Part shown: in pieces, positions 20,893 to 29,083 of the stretch
How the letters are laid out: each line of letters begins with the position of its first letter
Position numbering within the stretch: the stretch's first letter is position 1
Source: Anaerolineaceae bacterium
GTDB lineage: Bacteria > Chloroflexota > Anaerolineae > Anaerolineales > Anaerolineaceae
Reading direction: 5' to 3'
Assembly (NCBI GenBank): GCA_035466865.1
Contig: DATIUL010000112.1
Span: 1-34,840, forward strand
DNA: 34,840 nucleotides
Notes under the pieces: generated by a model
Seen by the model: the letters and a program-made list of their open reading frames with translations, nothing else
What the model was told of the DNA's origin: nothing
Database searches by the model: none
Position numbers and translations under genes: made by a program

Positions 20893-21024
20893 CCTATAAT
20901 ACAACTGCTTCCCATTCCAACCTGGTCCTTCGCTAAGACATTCCATCTTTCCGTCCCAACCGAAGAGCCTGTTGAGGGTATTTTTCCACCTGCTTTGCAG
21001 GTTTATTGGCTTGATTAGGAAAAT

Positions 21025-22812
21025 ATGGACAAGATCATCGTTAAATTCATACGGTTTTACAAACCCTACCGCCGGCAGCTTTTCCTGGTTCTGCTGGCAG
21101 CATTGGTTGCGGCCGGGCTGAGCCTGGTTGCGCCTTTGCTTGTGCGCCAGGTTACCAACGTCATCCTGGTGGGCAAGGTACCCGACCCATTGCGTGAACT
21201 GAGCATTATGGTTGGCGCGCTATTCTTGCTGCGGGCATTGACCACCTTTATGGAATACACGCAGGATGTTCCAGGGCACATCCTTGGAGCAAAAATGCAA
21301 CGCGACATGCGCGAGCAAATCTTTGACAAGCTCCAGCACCAGTCCTTCACTTTCTTTGACCAGGAACGTGTGGGTAACTTGATGTCTCACATTACCAACG
21401 ACCTCTACGCGGTTGGTGAATTGGCACATCACCTGCCCGAAAACATCCTGGTACAGGGATTGCGTTTCGTTGGCAGCTTCATCATCCTGGCGACCATCAA
21501 CCTGCGTCTGACTCTGACGGTGTTTGCCTTTATGCCCTTCATTTTAGGCCTGGCCTGGCTGGCGAACAAAGCGCTGGCAAGGGTTTTTGCGATCAATAAA
21601 AAGCGCATGTCGGAAATCGACGCCCAAATAGAGGACAGCCTGGCAGGCGTCAAAGTTGTGCAGGCATTCAACAACTACCCGCTTGAGAAACGCAAATTCG
21701 ACCAGGTTAATAACCAATACCTGCAAAACCGGAAGGATATTTACCATAATGAAGGCTTGATTTGGGCAGGACTGGAATCGACTACCAGTATTCTGCTCTA
21801 TGTACTGCTTTTCTTTGGTGGCCGCCAAATTTTGGCTGGTACCTTACCCTTGCCAGACCTGATTACTTACATCCTCTACCTGGATTTCATGGTTCAACCC
21901 ATCCGGGTGATGAGCTGGACGATCGACCAGTTTCAGGAAGGCATTACGGGGTTCAGACGCTTTGTCGGTGTGATGGAGTCTGAATCAGCCATTAAGGATC
22001 GCCCCGGTGCCACGCCTTTTGTTATTGAACATGGCGAAATTCAGTTTAAGGAGGTCAGTTTTCACTACGGGGACTCCGAAACCCCGGTGCTGGAAGGCCT
22101 CAATCTGACCATCCACCCCGGAGAATTGGTAGCCTTGGTTGGGCCTTCCGGGGTTGGCAAATCCACCTTTAGCGCCCTCGTTCCGCGCTTTTATGATGTC
22201 ACCAATGGAAGTATTTGTGTGGACGGGCAGGACCTGCGTGATGTCACCCTTGATTCGCTGCGTGAGCAAATCGGTTTTGTGCAGCAGGATACCTATCTAT
22301 TCTTTGGTACCATTTTGGATAACATCCGGTATGGCCGCCTGGATGCCAGCGATGAGGAAGTCCATGAGGCTGCCCGCATGGCAGGCTTGCATGACTTTAT
22401 CAGCTCCTTACCAAAGGGCTACCTTTCGGAGGTAGGGGAACGAGGTGTGCGCCTTTCCGGAGGTCAGCGCCAACGGGTGAGCCTAGCCAGGCTTTTCCTC
22501 AAGAAACCCAAAATCATGGTCTTTGATGAAGCTACCAGCTCCCTGGATAACGCCACAGAGCAAATTGTGCAGGCTTCCATCCGCAAAATTGCGCAAGGAC
22601 GAACCACATTAATCATTGCCCATCGGCTCAGCACCATCGAAAATGCGGACCGCATTTTGGTGCTTGACCAGGGGCGCATCGTGGAAGAAGGCACACATCA
22701 GGAGTTGCTGGGAAAGGATGGAATCTATTCCAACCTCTACCGTTTACGCAACGCTAACGAAGAATTGTTCGAGAAATATTTCCTGCCAGGTGTAGAATTA
22801 AGTTCGAATTAG
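21025..22812 (+). CDS. ABC exporter, fused permease and ATPase half-transporter (MsbA/multidrug type)
   Basis: 595-aa ORF. Six-TM N-domain, then Walker A GPSGVGKST, signature LSGGQRQR, Walker B IMVFDEATS. Confidence 0.9.
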   Translation: MDKIIVKFIRFYKPYRRQLFLVLLAALVAAGLSLVAPLLVRQVTNVILVGKVPDPLRELSIMVGALFLLRALTTFMEYTQDVPGHILGAKMQRDMREQIFDKLQHQSFTFFDQERVGNLMSHITNDLYAVGELAHHLPENILVQGLRFVGSFIILATINLRLTLTVFAFMPFILGLAWLANKALARVFAINKKRMSEIDAQIEDSLAGVKVVQAFNNYPLEKRKFDQVNNQYLQNRKDIYHNEGLIWAGLESTTSILLYVLLFFGGRQILAGTLPLPDLITYILYLDFMVQPIRVMSWTIDQFQEGITGFRRFVGVMESESAIKDRPGATPFVIEHGEIQFKEVSFHYGDSETPVLEGLNLTIHPGELVALVGPSGVGKSTFSALVPRFYDVTNGSICVDGQDLRDVTLDSLREQIGFVQQDTYLFFGTILDNIRYGRLDASDEEVHEAARMAGLHDFISSLPKGYLSEVGERGVRLSGGQRQRVSLARLFLKKPKIMVFDEATSSLDNATEQIVQASIRKIAQGRTTLIIAHRLSTIENADRILVLDQGRIVEEGTHQELLGKDGIYSNLYRLRNANEELFEKYFLPGVELSSN

Positions 22813-22816
22813 ACGA

Positions 22817-22850
22817 GTGGAGGGCAAGTCTGCCCTCCACTTTTTTGTTT
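22817..22850 (+). terminator. Rho-independent terminator
   Basis: GTGGAGGGCA (22817-22826), AGTC loop, TGCCCTCCAC (22831-22840), then TTTTTTGTTTT. Confidence 0.85.
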
Positions 22851-22904
22851 TGGACGATCTTCTCGATCCCGGTCATTAGGTAAAGCGCAAACTACGCGTT
22901 ACTC

Positions 22905-22933
22905 TTGACTAAAATATATACTGAGTATATATT
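22905..22933 (+). promoter_or_regulatory. padR promoter with an embedded palindromic operator
   Basis: TTGACT (22905-22910), 17-nt spacer, TATATT (22928-22933). The perfect inverted repeat ATATATAC-TGA-GTATATAT (22914-22932) fills the spacer and overlaps the -10. Confidence 0.6.
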
Positions 22934-22947
22934 TCTACTTCAGAAAA

Positions 22948-23517
22948 ATGTCAGTCAAAAACTTGCTCCTCGGTTTGCTTTCGAACCGCCCGTATTATGG
23001 TTATGAATTGCTTAATACGATTGCAGCGCTTACCCTTGGGCAGGGTGAAGATTCCATCAATCCTGGCCAAATCTATGCCACGCTCGACCGCCTTGAAAAA
23101 CACGCGCTGATTGAACATTTACCCTCAGACTCGGACGACCGCAAGTATTACAACGCCACCGACCAGGGTCGGCAAGAAATTGAAGCCTGGCTCAGGCAGC
23201 CTGTACCCACTTACGCGCCAAGAGACGAATTTACGACCAAATTGCTTCTGGCGACCAGCCTTAGTAATGTGGATACAGCCAAGACCATCCAAATCCAGCG
23301 CGGTTTTCTTTATCAATCCCTGCATCAAGTTACTTCTGCTCGGGAGAAACTGCCAAAGAAAGAACTGATTCGTCGGCTGCTCTACGATAAAACCATCATG
23401 CATATTGAAGCCGACTTGCGCTGGCTGGATATTCTGGAATCCCGCAAGCAGGATCTTGACAAACAGGAACTCCCTGAAATCGAAACGCGCCCGCGTGGAA
23501 GGCCTTCCAAAAGATGA
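22948..23517 (+). CDS. PadR family transcriptional regulator
   Basis: 189-aa ORF. N-terminal winged-helix signature LLGLLSNRPYYGYEL...GQIYATLDRLEKHALIE, followed by a C-terminal helical dimerisation region. Confidence 0.8.
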   Translation: MSVKNLLLGLLSNRPYYGYELLNTIAALTLGQGEDSINPGQIYATLDRLEKHALIEHLPSDSDDRKYYNATDQGRQEIEAWLRQPVPTYAPRDEFTTKLLLATSLSNVDTAKTIQIQRGFLYQSLHQVTSAREKLPKKELIRRLLYDKTIMHIEADLRWLDILESRKQDLDKQELPEIETRPRGRPSKR

Positions 23518-23545
23518 GGATTCTTACCAGGCGCTGAAAAGAGGA

Positions 23546-24283
23546 ATGATGAGCATTATTCGTACTGAAAACCTGACTAAAACTTATGTAACTGGCGGTG
23601 TGGAAACCAAGGCTCTGGACAATGTATCCATAAAGATTGAGCCTGGCGAGTTTGTGGCCATCATGGGGCCAAGCGGCTGCGGTAAATCTACGCTGCTGCA
23701 TATGTTGGGCGGTCTGGACCGACCAAGCAGCGGTGAAGTGTGGATCAATGATGAACCAATATCCAAAATGCGGGATGATGACCTCACCCGTATTCGCCGC
23801 CGCGAAATTGGTTTTGTGTTCCAGTTTTTTAACCTCATTCCCGTGCTTTCCGCGGTGGAAAACGCAGCCCTGCCTCTGCGCCTGGATGGAACTGCTAAAT
23901 CTGCGGCAGAAGCCTCGGCTAAGACCTGGCTGGAACGCTTTGAACTGTCTGACCGCACGCTAAACCGCCCCGATCAACTTTCAGGCGGTCAGCAGCAGCG
24001 TGTGGCAATTGCCAGAGCCCTGGTTGCTGAGCCCAAACTCGTGCTTGCCGATGAACCTACAGGTAACCTGGATACGCACGCCTCTGAAGAGATCGCTGGT
24101 TTGCTCAGGCAAATCTCAAGGGATTGGAAGCGCACCGTAGTCATGGTTACCCATGATCCACGTTTGGCAGCTTATGCTGACCGCATTATCTTTCTCAAGG
24201 ATGGCAAGGTTTTGGATGATCAGGCTCTGAGCGACAGCGACCCCAATTTGCTCCGTGAACAGCTGGATCAATACGAAAGGTAG
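23546..24283 (+). CDS. ABC transporter ATP-binding protein (MacB/LolD/FtsE type)
   Basis: The ORF track start (23405) overlaps the padR 3' end, so ATG 23546/23549 after GAGGA is preferred. Walker A GPSGCGKST, signature LSGGQQQR, Walker B LVLADEPTGNLD. Confidence 0.9.
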   Translation: MMSIIRTENLTKTYVTGGVETKALDNVSIKIEPGEFVAIMGPSGCGKSTLLHMLGGLDRPSSGEVWINDEPISKMRDDDLTRIRRREIGFVFQFFNLIPVLSAVENAALPLRLDGTAKSAAEASAKTWLERFELSDRTLNRPDQLSGGQQQRVAIARALVAEPKLVLADEPTGNLDTHASEEIAGLLRQISRDWKRTVVMVTHDPRLAAYADRIIFLKDGKVLDDQALSDSDPNLLREQLDQYER

Positions 24284-24289
24284 AACCTG

Positions 24290-26845
24290 ATGCGTACATC
24301 GATTGCTTTAGCATGGCGATATCTTTGGGGTCATAAGACCCGCACATTTCTGACCACCCTGGCCATCTTTTTCGGTGTCATGGTAGTTTATGGCTTGAAT
24401 GCTATTATGCCAGCCATGATGTCAGCCTTTAGGGCCAACGCAATGGCCGCCAGTGGCAAGGTTGATTTGGAGATCACACACATCAATGGGGACGTTTTTG
24501 ATGTAGGCGTACTTGAAAAACTCAAATCCATTACCGAACTTTCAACGATCAGTCCAGTTCTGGTCAGGTCAATGGCTTTACCTGCAGATTTAATAGACCA
24601 CGATCCAAAAACCCCGGATACCATAACCGCAGTCAACCTTGTGGGGGTTGATCCAGCCCTTGACAGTGCTTTGCACGCCTACCAACCTAAAGAAGGCCGT
24701 TTTTTGCAGGCAGACGACAAGCGCGCGGTTGTGATCACGCAGCATTTTGCTGAGTTGACGAGTTTAAAACTCGGTGATCAATTTCCACTCACAACGCCTT
24801 CTGGCTTGTACCCGTACACAATCATAGGCATTATTAGCGACCGAGTCACCCTGGGGAATGAAGAATTTTATTTGACCCTGTCCCAAATGCAGGCTGATTT
24901 TCAGGTTCCTGGAAAGGTCAATCTGCTGGAGGCTAACTTTTCAGCCATTCCTGAAGGAGACCGGGTTGCGGTAACGACTAAAGTTCAAACAACATTGGGC
25001 GAGTCCTTCAAGCTTGGTGGGCTTGATTCTGGTGAGGGAGTTTTGGCTAATCTCCAATTGGGCACTGCCATCATGAGTTTTCTGGGTGTTTTAGCGCTGC
25101 TTATGGGCGGATTCATCATTTTCAATACTTTCCGCACCATTTTAGCGGAGCGCAAACGCGATATTGGCATGTTGCGCGCCATTGGCGCAGAAAAAAGCAC
25201 TATTAGCCAGATGATCCTTTGGGAAGGTCTCATGCAAGGCTTGATTGGCAGTCTGGCTGGTATCCTTGTAGGTTGGATCCTGGGTGGAGCAATGGTGCGG
25301 GGAATGCAGGGTTTATTCTCCCAATACGTCAACATCCATATCGCGCCCCCCGGTTTTTCGGCAAGCCTGGCTGCTTTAAGCCTCGCCTTGGGGTTGGGTG
25401 TTACATTAATGGCCGGCTGGCTACCGGCCCGTGGCGCCATGCGGATTACGCCAATGGATGCCCTGAGGCCTGCCCTTGGGAAAGTAAGCATCAAGAGATT
25501 AATTGGACCCGCTTTCTGGATTGGTTTGGGAATGCTTGTACTGGCAGCGGCAGCCTTGCTCACTCGCAGTACTACCTGGCTGGGGACTGGGGCGTTTCTG
25601 CTTGTAATTGGTCTCATTTTAGCTACACCTGTACTAATTTACCCACTGGCAGCGGCACTGGGTTGGGTGGCTTTGCGTTTATTCCCAAAATCTGGGAGCG
25701 CGGACCTGGCGCGCAATAATCTTGTGCGGCAACCTTCCCGCACCGCCACCACAGCCAGCGCCACCATGATCGGCTTTGCCATCCTGGTCGCGGCAGTATC
25801 CGTGATCCAAAGCGCCACGATCGGCTTTACCAATGTGCTCCGCAAGAGTTTGGGGTCAGACCTCATTCTCATGCCATCTTCCATCGCTCTTTGGGGTTCG
25901 GATATCGGTGCCTCCCCGAAGTTTGCAGAGAGCATTCGGGCTTTACCCTCCGTCAAATCGGTCAGCAGCCTGAGGTTTGCCCCTGTGACGATCAATGGAA
26001 GTACCGTTTCAGTTTTGGGGATTGACCCAGAGGATTTCCAACAGGTTAGCGGCCTTGGCTTCACAAAGGGTGATGAAACAACGGCGTATGCCGCCCTGAC
26101 AGATTCAAGGTCAGCGATCATTAATCCGTTACTGGCATCTTCTGTAAACAAGAAAATTGGCGAAAGCATCATTCTGCAGACGCCAACAGGTTCCAGGGAA
26201 TACCGCATTGTTGGACTGGCTTCAGATTTTCTAAACGCCAAGATAGCCACGATTTACGTATCGATGCAATCCATTGAGCAAGACTTCAACAAAAAAGAAG
26301 ACATTTTGTTACAGATCGGGCTTACTGACCCAAGCAAGCAAGCGGAAGCTGAGACGCAGATCAAAACCTTAATGGCCGTCTACCCTCAGTTCAGGCTCCT
26401 GGTTGGGGCAGATTACATCAATGAGAACATCAGTCTTTTGAAAGCGGCCACGGCTGGTATATTTCTGATGCTTGTCTTCCTGGCGGTTCCTTCACTTTTG
26501 GCCATGCTTAATTCCATGGCAGTGGCGGTAATTGAACGCACACGGGAGATTGGCATGCTCAGGGCGATTGGCGCAACCCGTAGGCAGGTTAGGTCCGCCA
26601 TCACGCATGAGGGCATCATCCTGGCCTTGATTGGGTCGATTTTGGGTATTGTTGCTGGGATTTACCTGGGATACGTGGGCTCAATGGCTATGAAAGCGTT
26701 GGGTTATCCAATGGAATACGTATTTCCGCTGGGAACAATCGTGGCAGCTTTGGTTACCGGCTTGCTGTTTGGTATTCTTTCTTCCGAGTTGCCTTCACGT
26801 CAGGCAGCACGCATGAATGTGGTCGAAGCCCTACGGTACGAGTAG
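24290..26845 (+). CDS. ABC transporter permease with duplicated FtsX/MacB-type modules
   Basis: 851-aa ORF. It contains two repeats of one TM, a large extracytoplasmic domain and a three-TM FtsX bundle. The paired motifs are RKRDIGMLRAIGA and RTREIGMLRAIGA. Confidence 0.85.
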   Translation: MRTSIALAWRYLWGHKTRTFLTTLAIFFGVMVVYGLNAIMPAMMSAFRANAMAASGKVDLEITHINGDVFDVGVLEKLKSITELSTISPVLVRSMALPADLIDHDPKTPDTITAVNLVGVDPALDSALHAYQPKEGRFLQADDKRAVVITQHFAELTSLKLGDQFPLTTPSGLYPYTIIGIISDRVTLGNEEFYLTLSQMQADFQVPGKVNLLEANFSAIPEGDRVAVTTKVQTTLGESFKLGGLDSGEGVLANLQLGTAIMSFLGVLALLMGGFIIFNTFRTILAERKRDIGMLRAIGAEKSTISQMILWEGLMQGLIGSLAGILVGWILGGAMVRGMQGLFSQYVNIHIAPPGFSASLAALSLALGLGVTLMAGWLPARGAMRITPMDALRPALGKVSIKRLIGPAFWIGLGMLVLAAAALLTRSTTWLGTGAFLLVIGLILATPVLIYPLAAALGWVALRLFPKSGSADLARNNLVRQPSRTATTASATMIGFAILVAAVSVIQSATIGFTNVLRKSLGSDLILMPSSIALWGSDIGASPKFAESIRALPSVKSVSSLRFAPVTINGSTVSVLGIDPEDFQQVSGLGFTKGDETTAYAALTDSRSAIINPLLASSVNKKIGESIILQTPTGSREYRIVGLASDFLNAKIATIYVSMQSIEQDFNKKEDILLQIGLTDPSKQAEAETQIKTLMAVYPQFRLLVGADYINENISLLKAATAGIFLMLVFLAVPSLLAMLNSMAVAVIERTREIGMLRAIGATRRQVRSAITHEGIILALIGSILGIVAGIYLGYVGSMAMKALGYPMEYVFPLGTIVAALVTGLLFGILSSELPSRQAARMNVVEALRYE

Positions 26846-26880
26846 GGCTTAACTATTAATTTGACTAACAGGAAAAACGC

Positions 26881-27294
26881 CTATTTGTAATATAAGCCTA
26901 TCAATTCCATGGCTTTGTTAAAGCTGATGGTGAAGATGAAGGTTTTACTTTCGTACTTTCCCTTGGCAATCACAACCGCAAAGTCTTCAGTGCGATCCTG
27001 GCTTTTAACCCCTGCAACACTCATGTCTTCTACTTTTTCGAACTTTCCGGCTGCTTGTATGTCCGTAAAAATCTGGGTCATTACTTTTTCAGTCAGGGCA
27101 TCTTGCAGTTGAGTGGTGGAGAGTTTTCGGATACCTTCCGCGTCTTGCTGGTTGATAAGCGTAATCACGTTTTCAGCCGCTTTACGTACATCATCTTCAA
27201 CAAATACCTCTGCCAGTTTCGAGCCGCCACAGGCTGTAACTCCTAGCAGCAGGCATAAACATAAAAATACAATGAGAATACGGTTTAGCTTCAT
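26881..27294 (-). CDS. Small secreted lipoprotein, unknown function
   Basis: 137-aa ORF. Signal peptide with lipobox (LLLGVTAC). The start region overlaps the upstream CPBP gene's stop by 4 nt. Confidence 0.7.
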   Translation of the reverse strand: MKLNRILIVFLCLCLLLGVTACGGSKLAEVFVEDDVRKAAENVITLINQQDAEGIRKLSTTQLQDALTEKVMTQIFTDIQAAGKFEKVEDMSVAGVKSQDRTEDFAVVIAKGKYESKTFIFTISFNKAMELIGLYYK

Positions 27295-27944
27295 GATGGG
27301 TTCTCCAGTCGATAGTACTTTCTTGAATAAAGGCTGTAAGCGATAAGACTAAGCATGGACACAATCAACCAGGGCAGGACAATTTCCGATTTTTGTAACT
27401 GGCTGCTGATGGGAATCACCGCATTAACCAAGCCGTGGGCTAAAATGGCGATGACCAGATGAAGCCATTTTTTACCATTTTGGAAACCATTCCAGACAAT
27501 GAAGGTTAACCCGATGTGAATAAAGAGAGTCATTAATCGTTCGAGGATGGCTGGCCAAAGAACAGAAAGAGGATAGACCGGTATCAGTGGCAGCAGCAGG
27601 AAGGTGGCCTCGCAAAGTGCGTGCCCAATTCCAAAGAACAAGGGCTGAAGGTAAGGGCTCTTGGCTGGCTTGAGTAGAAACTGTTTGAAGAGAAATCTAA
27701 ACCCTTCTTCAAACAATCCAGCCGACAGGAGAATCACAATACTGATAGGCAGAACCCAGTTTTGGTTTGCCGTTAGGAAGGCGATGATGCTCGTGGAGCT
27801 TTGCATCAGCGTGAGGAGTGGGATCCTGAGCAGGATCTGTGCGACGAAGAAACACAGGGCTCCAAGAGCAAACCAAAAAAGCAGCTGCCACCATTGGATT
27901 CGGGTTTGTTTTACTTCAAGAATTGGATCGGTTTGAGTTTCCAT
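27291..27944 (-). CDS. CPBP family intramembrane glutamic endopeptidase (CAAX protease / Abi type)
   Basis: 217-aa polytopic ORF with the three family motifs in order: GLFEEGFRF (EExxxR), FFGIGHAL (FxxxH) and AHGLVNAV (HxxxN). Confidence 0.8.
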   Translation of the reverse strand: METQTDPILEVKQTRIQWWQLLFWFALGALCFFVAQILLRIPLLTLMQSSTSIIAFLTANQNWVLPISIVILLSAGLFEEGFRFLFKQFLLKPAKSPYLQPLFFGIGHALCEATFLLLPLIPVYPLSVLWPAILERLMTLFIHIGLTFIVWNGFQNGKKWLHLVIAILAHGLVNAVIPISSQLQKSEIVLPWLIVSMLSLIAYSLYSRKYYRLENPS

Positions 27945-27964
27945 AGGCTCTCTTTTCGGTCTTG

Positions 27965-27970
27965 ATTATA
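27965..27970 (-). promoter_or_regulatory. Possible -10 (TATAAT on the minus strand) for the CPBP-lipoprotein operon
   Basis: Plus-strand ATTATA at 27965-27970 is a minus-strand TATAAT about 20 nt upstream of the ATG at 27944. The -35 is poor (AAAACA). Confidence 0.3.
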
Positions 27971-28340
27971 CTCGTGAGCAAGTGATATGTTTTTTTTGAT
28001 GAAGAATAACGGTCTCTTTAACAAACTGCAGAGGGCGAGAGCCGTCGAGAAGTGCGCGCGGAAAAGTGTGGGATTAAGTGCAAAAGACGGGTGGGTAAGT
28101 GCGGAAGCGTCAAATTCCGATTCCAATTTTGTCACCCTGAGTGAAACGAAGGATCTGCTGGAGACTCCCACGCTAATTATTGGAGCCCTCGAAGCATTGT
28201 CATCTTCTAAAAGATGCTTCACAGGCTCAGGATTAAGGAATTTGGGAGGATATTAGTTGTTTAACAGGGGGGGTCGAAGACTCTCGAAGCAAACAGAAAA
28301 CGCCTTACTTGTTCAGTCAGTTTTGAACATTTTTGAACAC

Positions 28341-28349
28341 TGCTAAAAT
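28341..28349 (+). promoter_or_regulatory. Extended -10 element TGCTAAAAT placed to give a leaderless MBL-hydrolase mRNA
   Basis: TGCTAAAAT ends 6 nt before ATG 28356. No Shine-Dalgarno lies between them. The direct repeat TTTTGAACA x2 (28321-28339) is immediately upstream. Confidence 0.45.
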
Positions 28350-28355
28350 ATACAC

Positions 28356-29003
28356 ATGCAATTAAAACTTACCGTACTGGTACTCGGACCCATCCAAAAC
28401 AATGCCTTTTTCCTAATTGACGAAGAAACAAGGGACTGCGTTATCGTGGATCCCAGTTTCGACATTGAAAAACAACTCAAATACATTGCTGAAAACAAGC
28501 TGAACCTGAAACAAATCTGGATCACTCACGGCCATTTTGACCATTTTATCGGTGCTCCCGCTCTCAGCTCAGCCATTCAGCCTCGGCCCTTGTTCGCCAT
28601 GAACCGGGTTAGTTACGACTATGCTGGCTCCCAGGATCTAAAACATCGATACGGTCAGGGCATTGACAAACTACCGTCGCTCGATCTGTGTGTAAGCCAG
28701 GGAGATCTGCTTTCCATTAGCCAGGAGTCCCCAGAACAAATCATTGAAGTACGCGAAGTGCCCGGCCACTGCCCCGGGTCGGTCATTTTTTACTGTCAAA
28801 AAGGTAATTTTGCCATCGTTGGCGATGCCATTTTCCGTGGTTCCATTGGCCGTACCGATTTGGAAGGCGGTGATGAAGCACTGTTGCTCCGTTCCATCTG
28901 TGAGCAAATTTTTACCCTTCCACCTGAGACCGTTCTTTTTCCAGGGCATGGCCCCCAAACAACAGTCGCTTTTGAAAAGGGTAACAATCCCTTTTTTGAG
29001 TAG
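28356..29003 (+). CDS. MBL-fold metallo-hydrolase (glyoxalase II-like)
   Basis: 215-aa ORF. Motifs: THGHFDH, later VPGHCPGS, and C-terminal LFPGHG. Confidence 0.85.
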   Translation: MQLKLTVLVLGPIQNNAFFLIDEETRDCVIVDPSFDIEKQLKYIAENKLNLKQIWITHGHFDHFIGAPALSSAIQPRPLFAMNRVSYDYAGSQDLKHRYGQGIDKLPSLDLCVSQGDLLSISQESPEQIIEVREVPGHCPGSVIFYCQKGNFAIVGDAIFRGSIGRTDLEGGDEALLLRSICEQIFTLPPETVLFPGHGPQTTVAFEKGNNPFFE

Positions 29004-29037
29004 CAGAAAAGTTTATATTTATCCCGAATAATAAAAT

Positions 29038-29061
29038 GAGGCTGACGATATCGTCAGCCTC
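29038..29061. terminator. Terminator hairpin shared by the convergent MBL and rny genes
   Basis: 24-nt perfect palindrome GAGGCTGACGAT|ATCGTCAGCCTC. On the minus strand it is followed by ATTTTATT, so it works best as the rny terminator. Confidence 0.7.
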
Positions 29062-29083
29062 ATCTGTATGGATTTAGTATCGC

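Noticed and set aside
23405-23545. 47-codon N-terminal extension of the ABC ATPase ORF
   Set aside because: It overlaps the padR 3' end. The Walker-type protein begins naturally at MMSIIRTENL, directly after a GAGGA site.
24985-26250. Minus-strand ORFs of 210 aa and 203 aa, and a plus-strand 166-aa off-frame ORF (25219-25719)
   Set aside because: They lie inside the FtsX permease gene. Their translations are Pro/Arg/Ala-rich with no membrane or enzymatic motifs.
27911-28222. 103-aa minus-strand ORF spanning the CPBP start
   Set aside because: It overlaps the CPBP start codon region out of frame, has no ribosome site and has no recognisable features.
21025-28355. The exporter, PadR-ABC and CPBP block as a mobile or horizontally acquired island
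   Set aside because: I saw no integrase, transposase, flanking tRNA or bounding direct repeats. By eye there is no obvious compositional break, although this was not computed.
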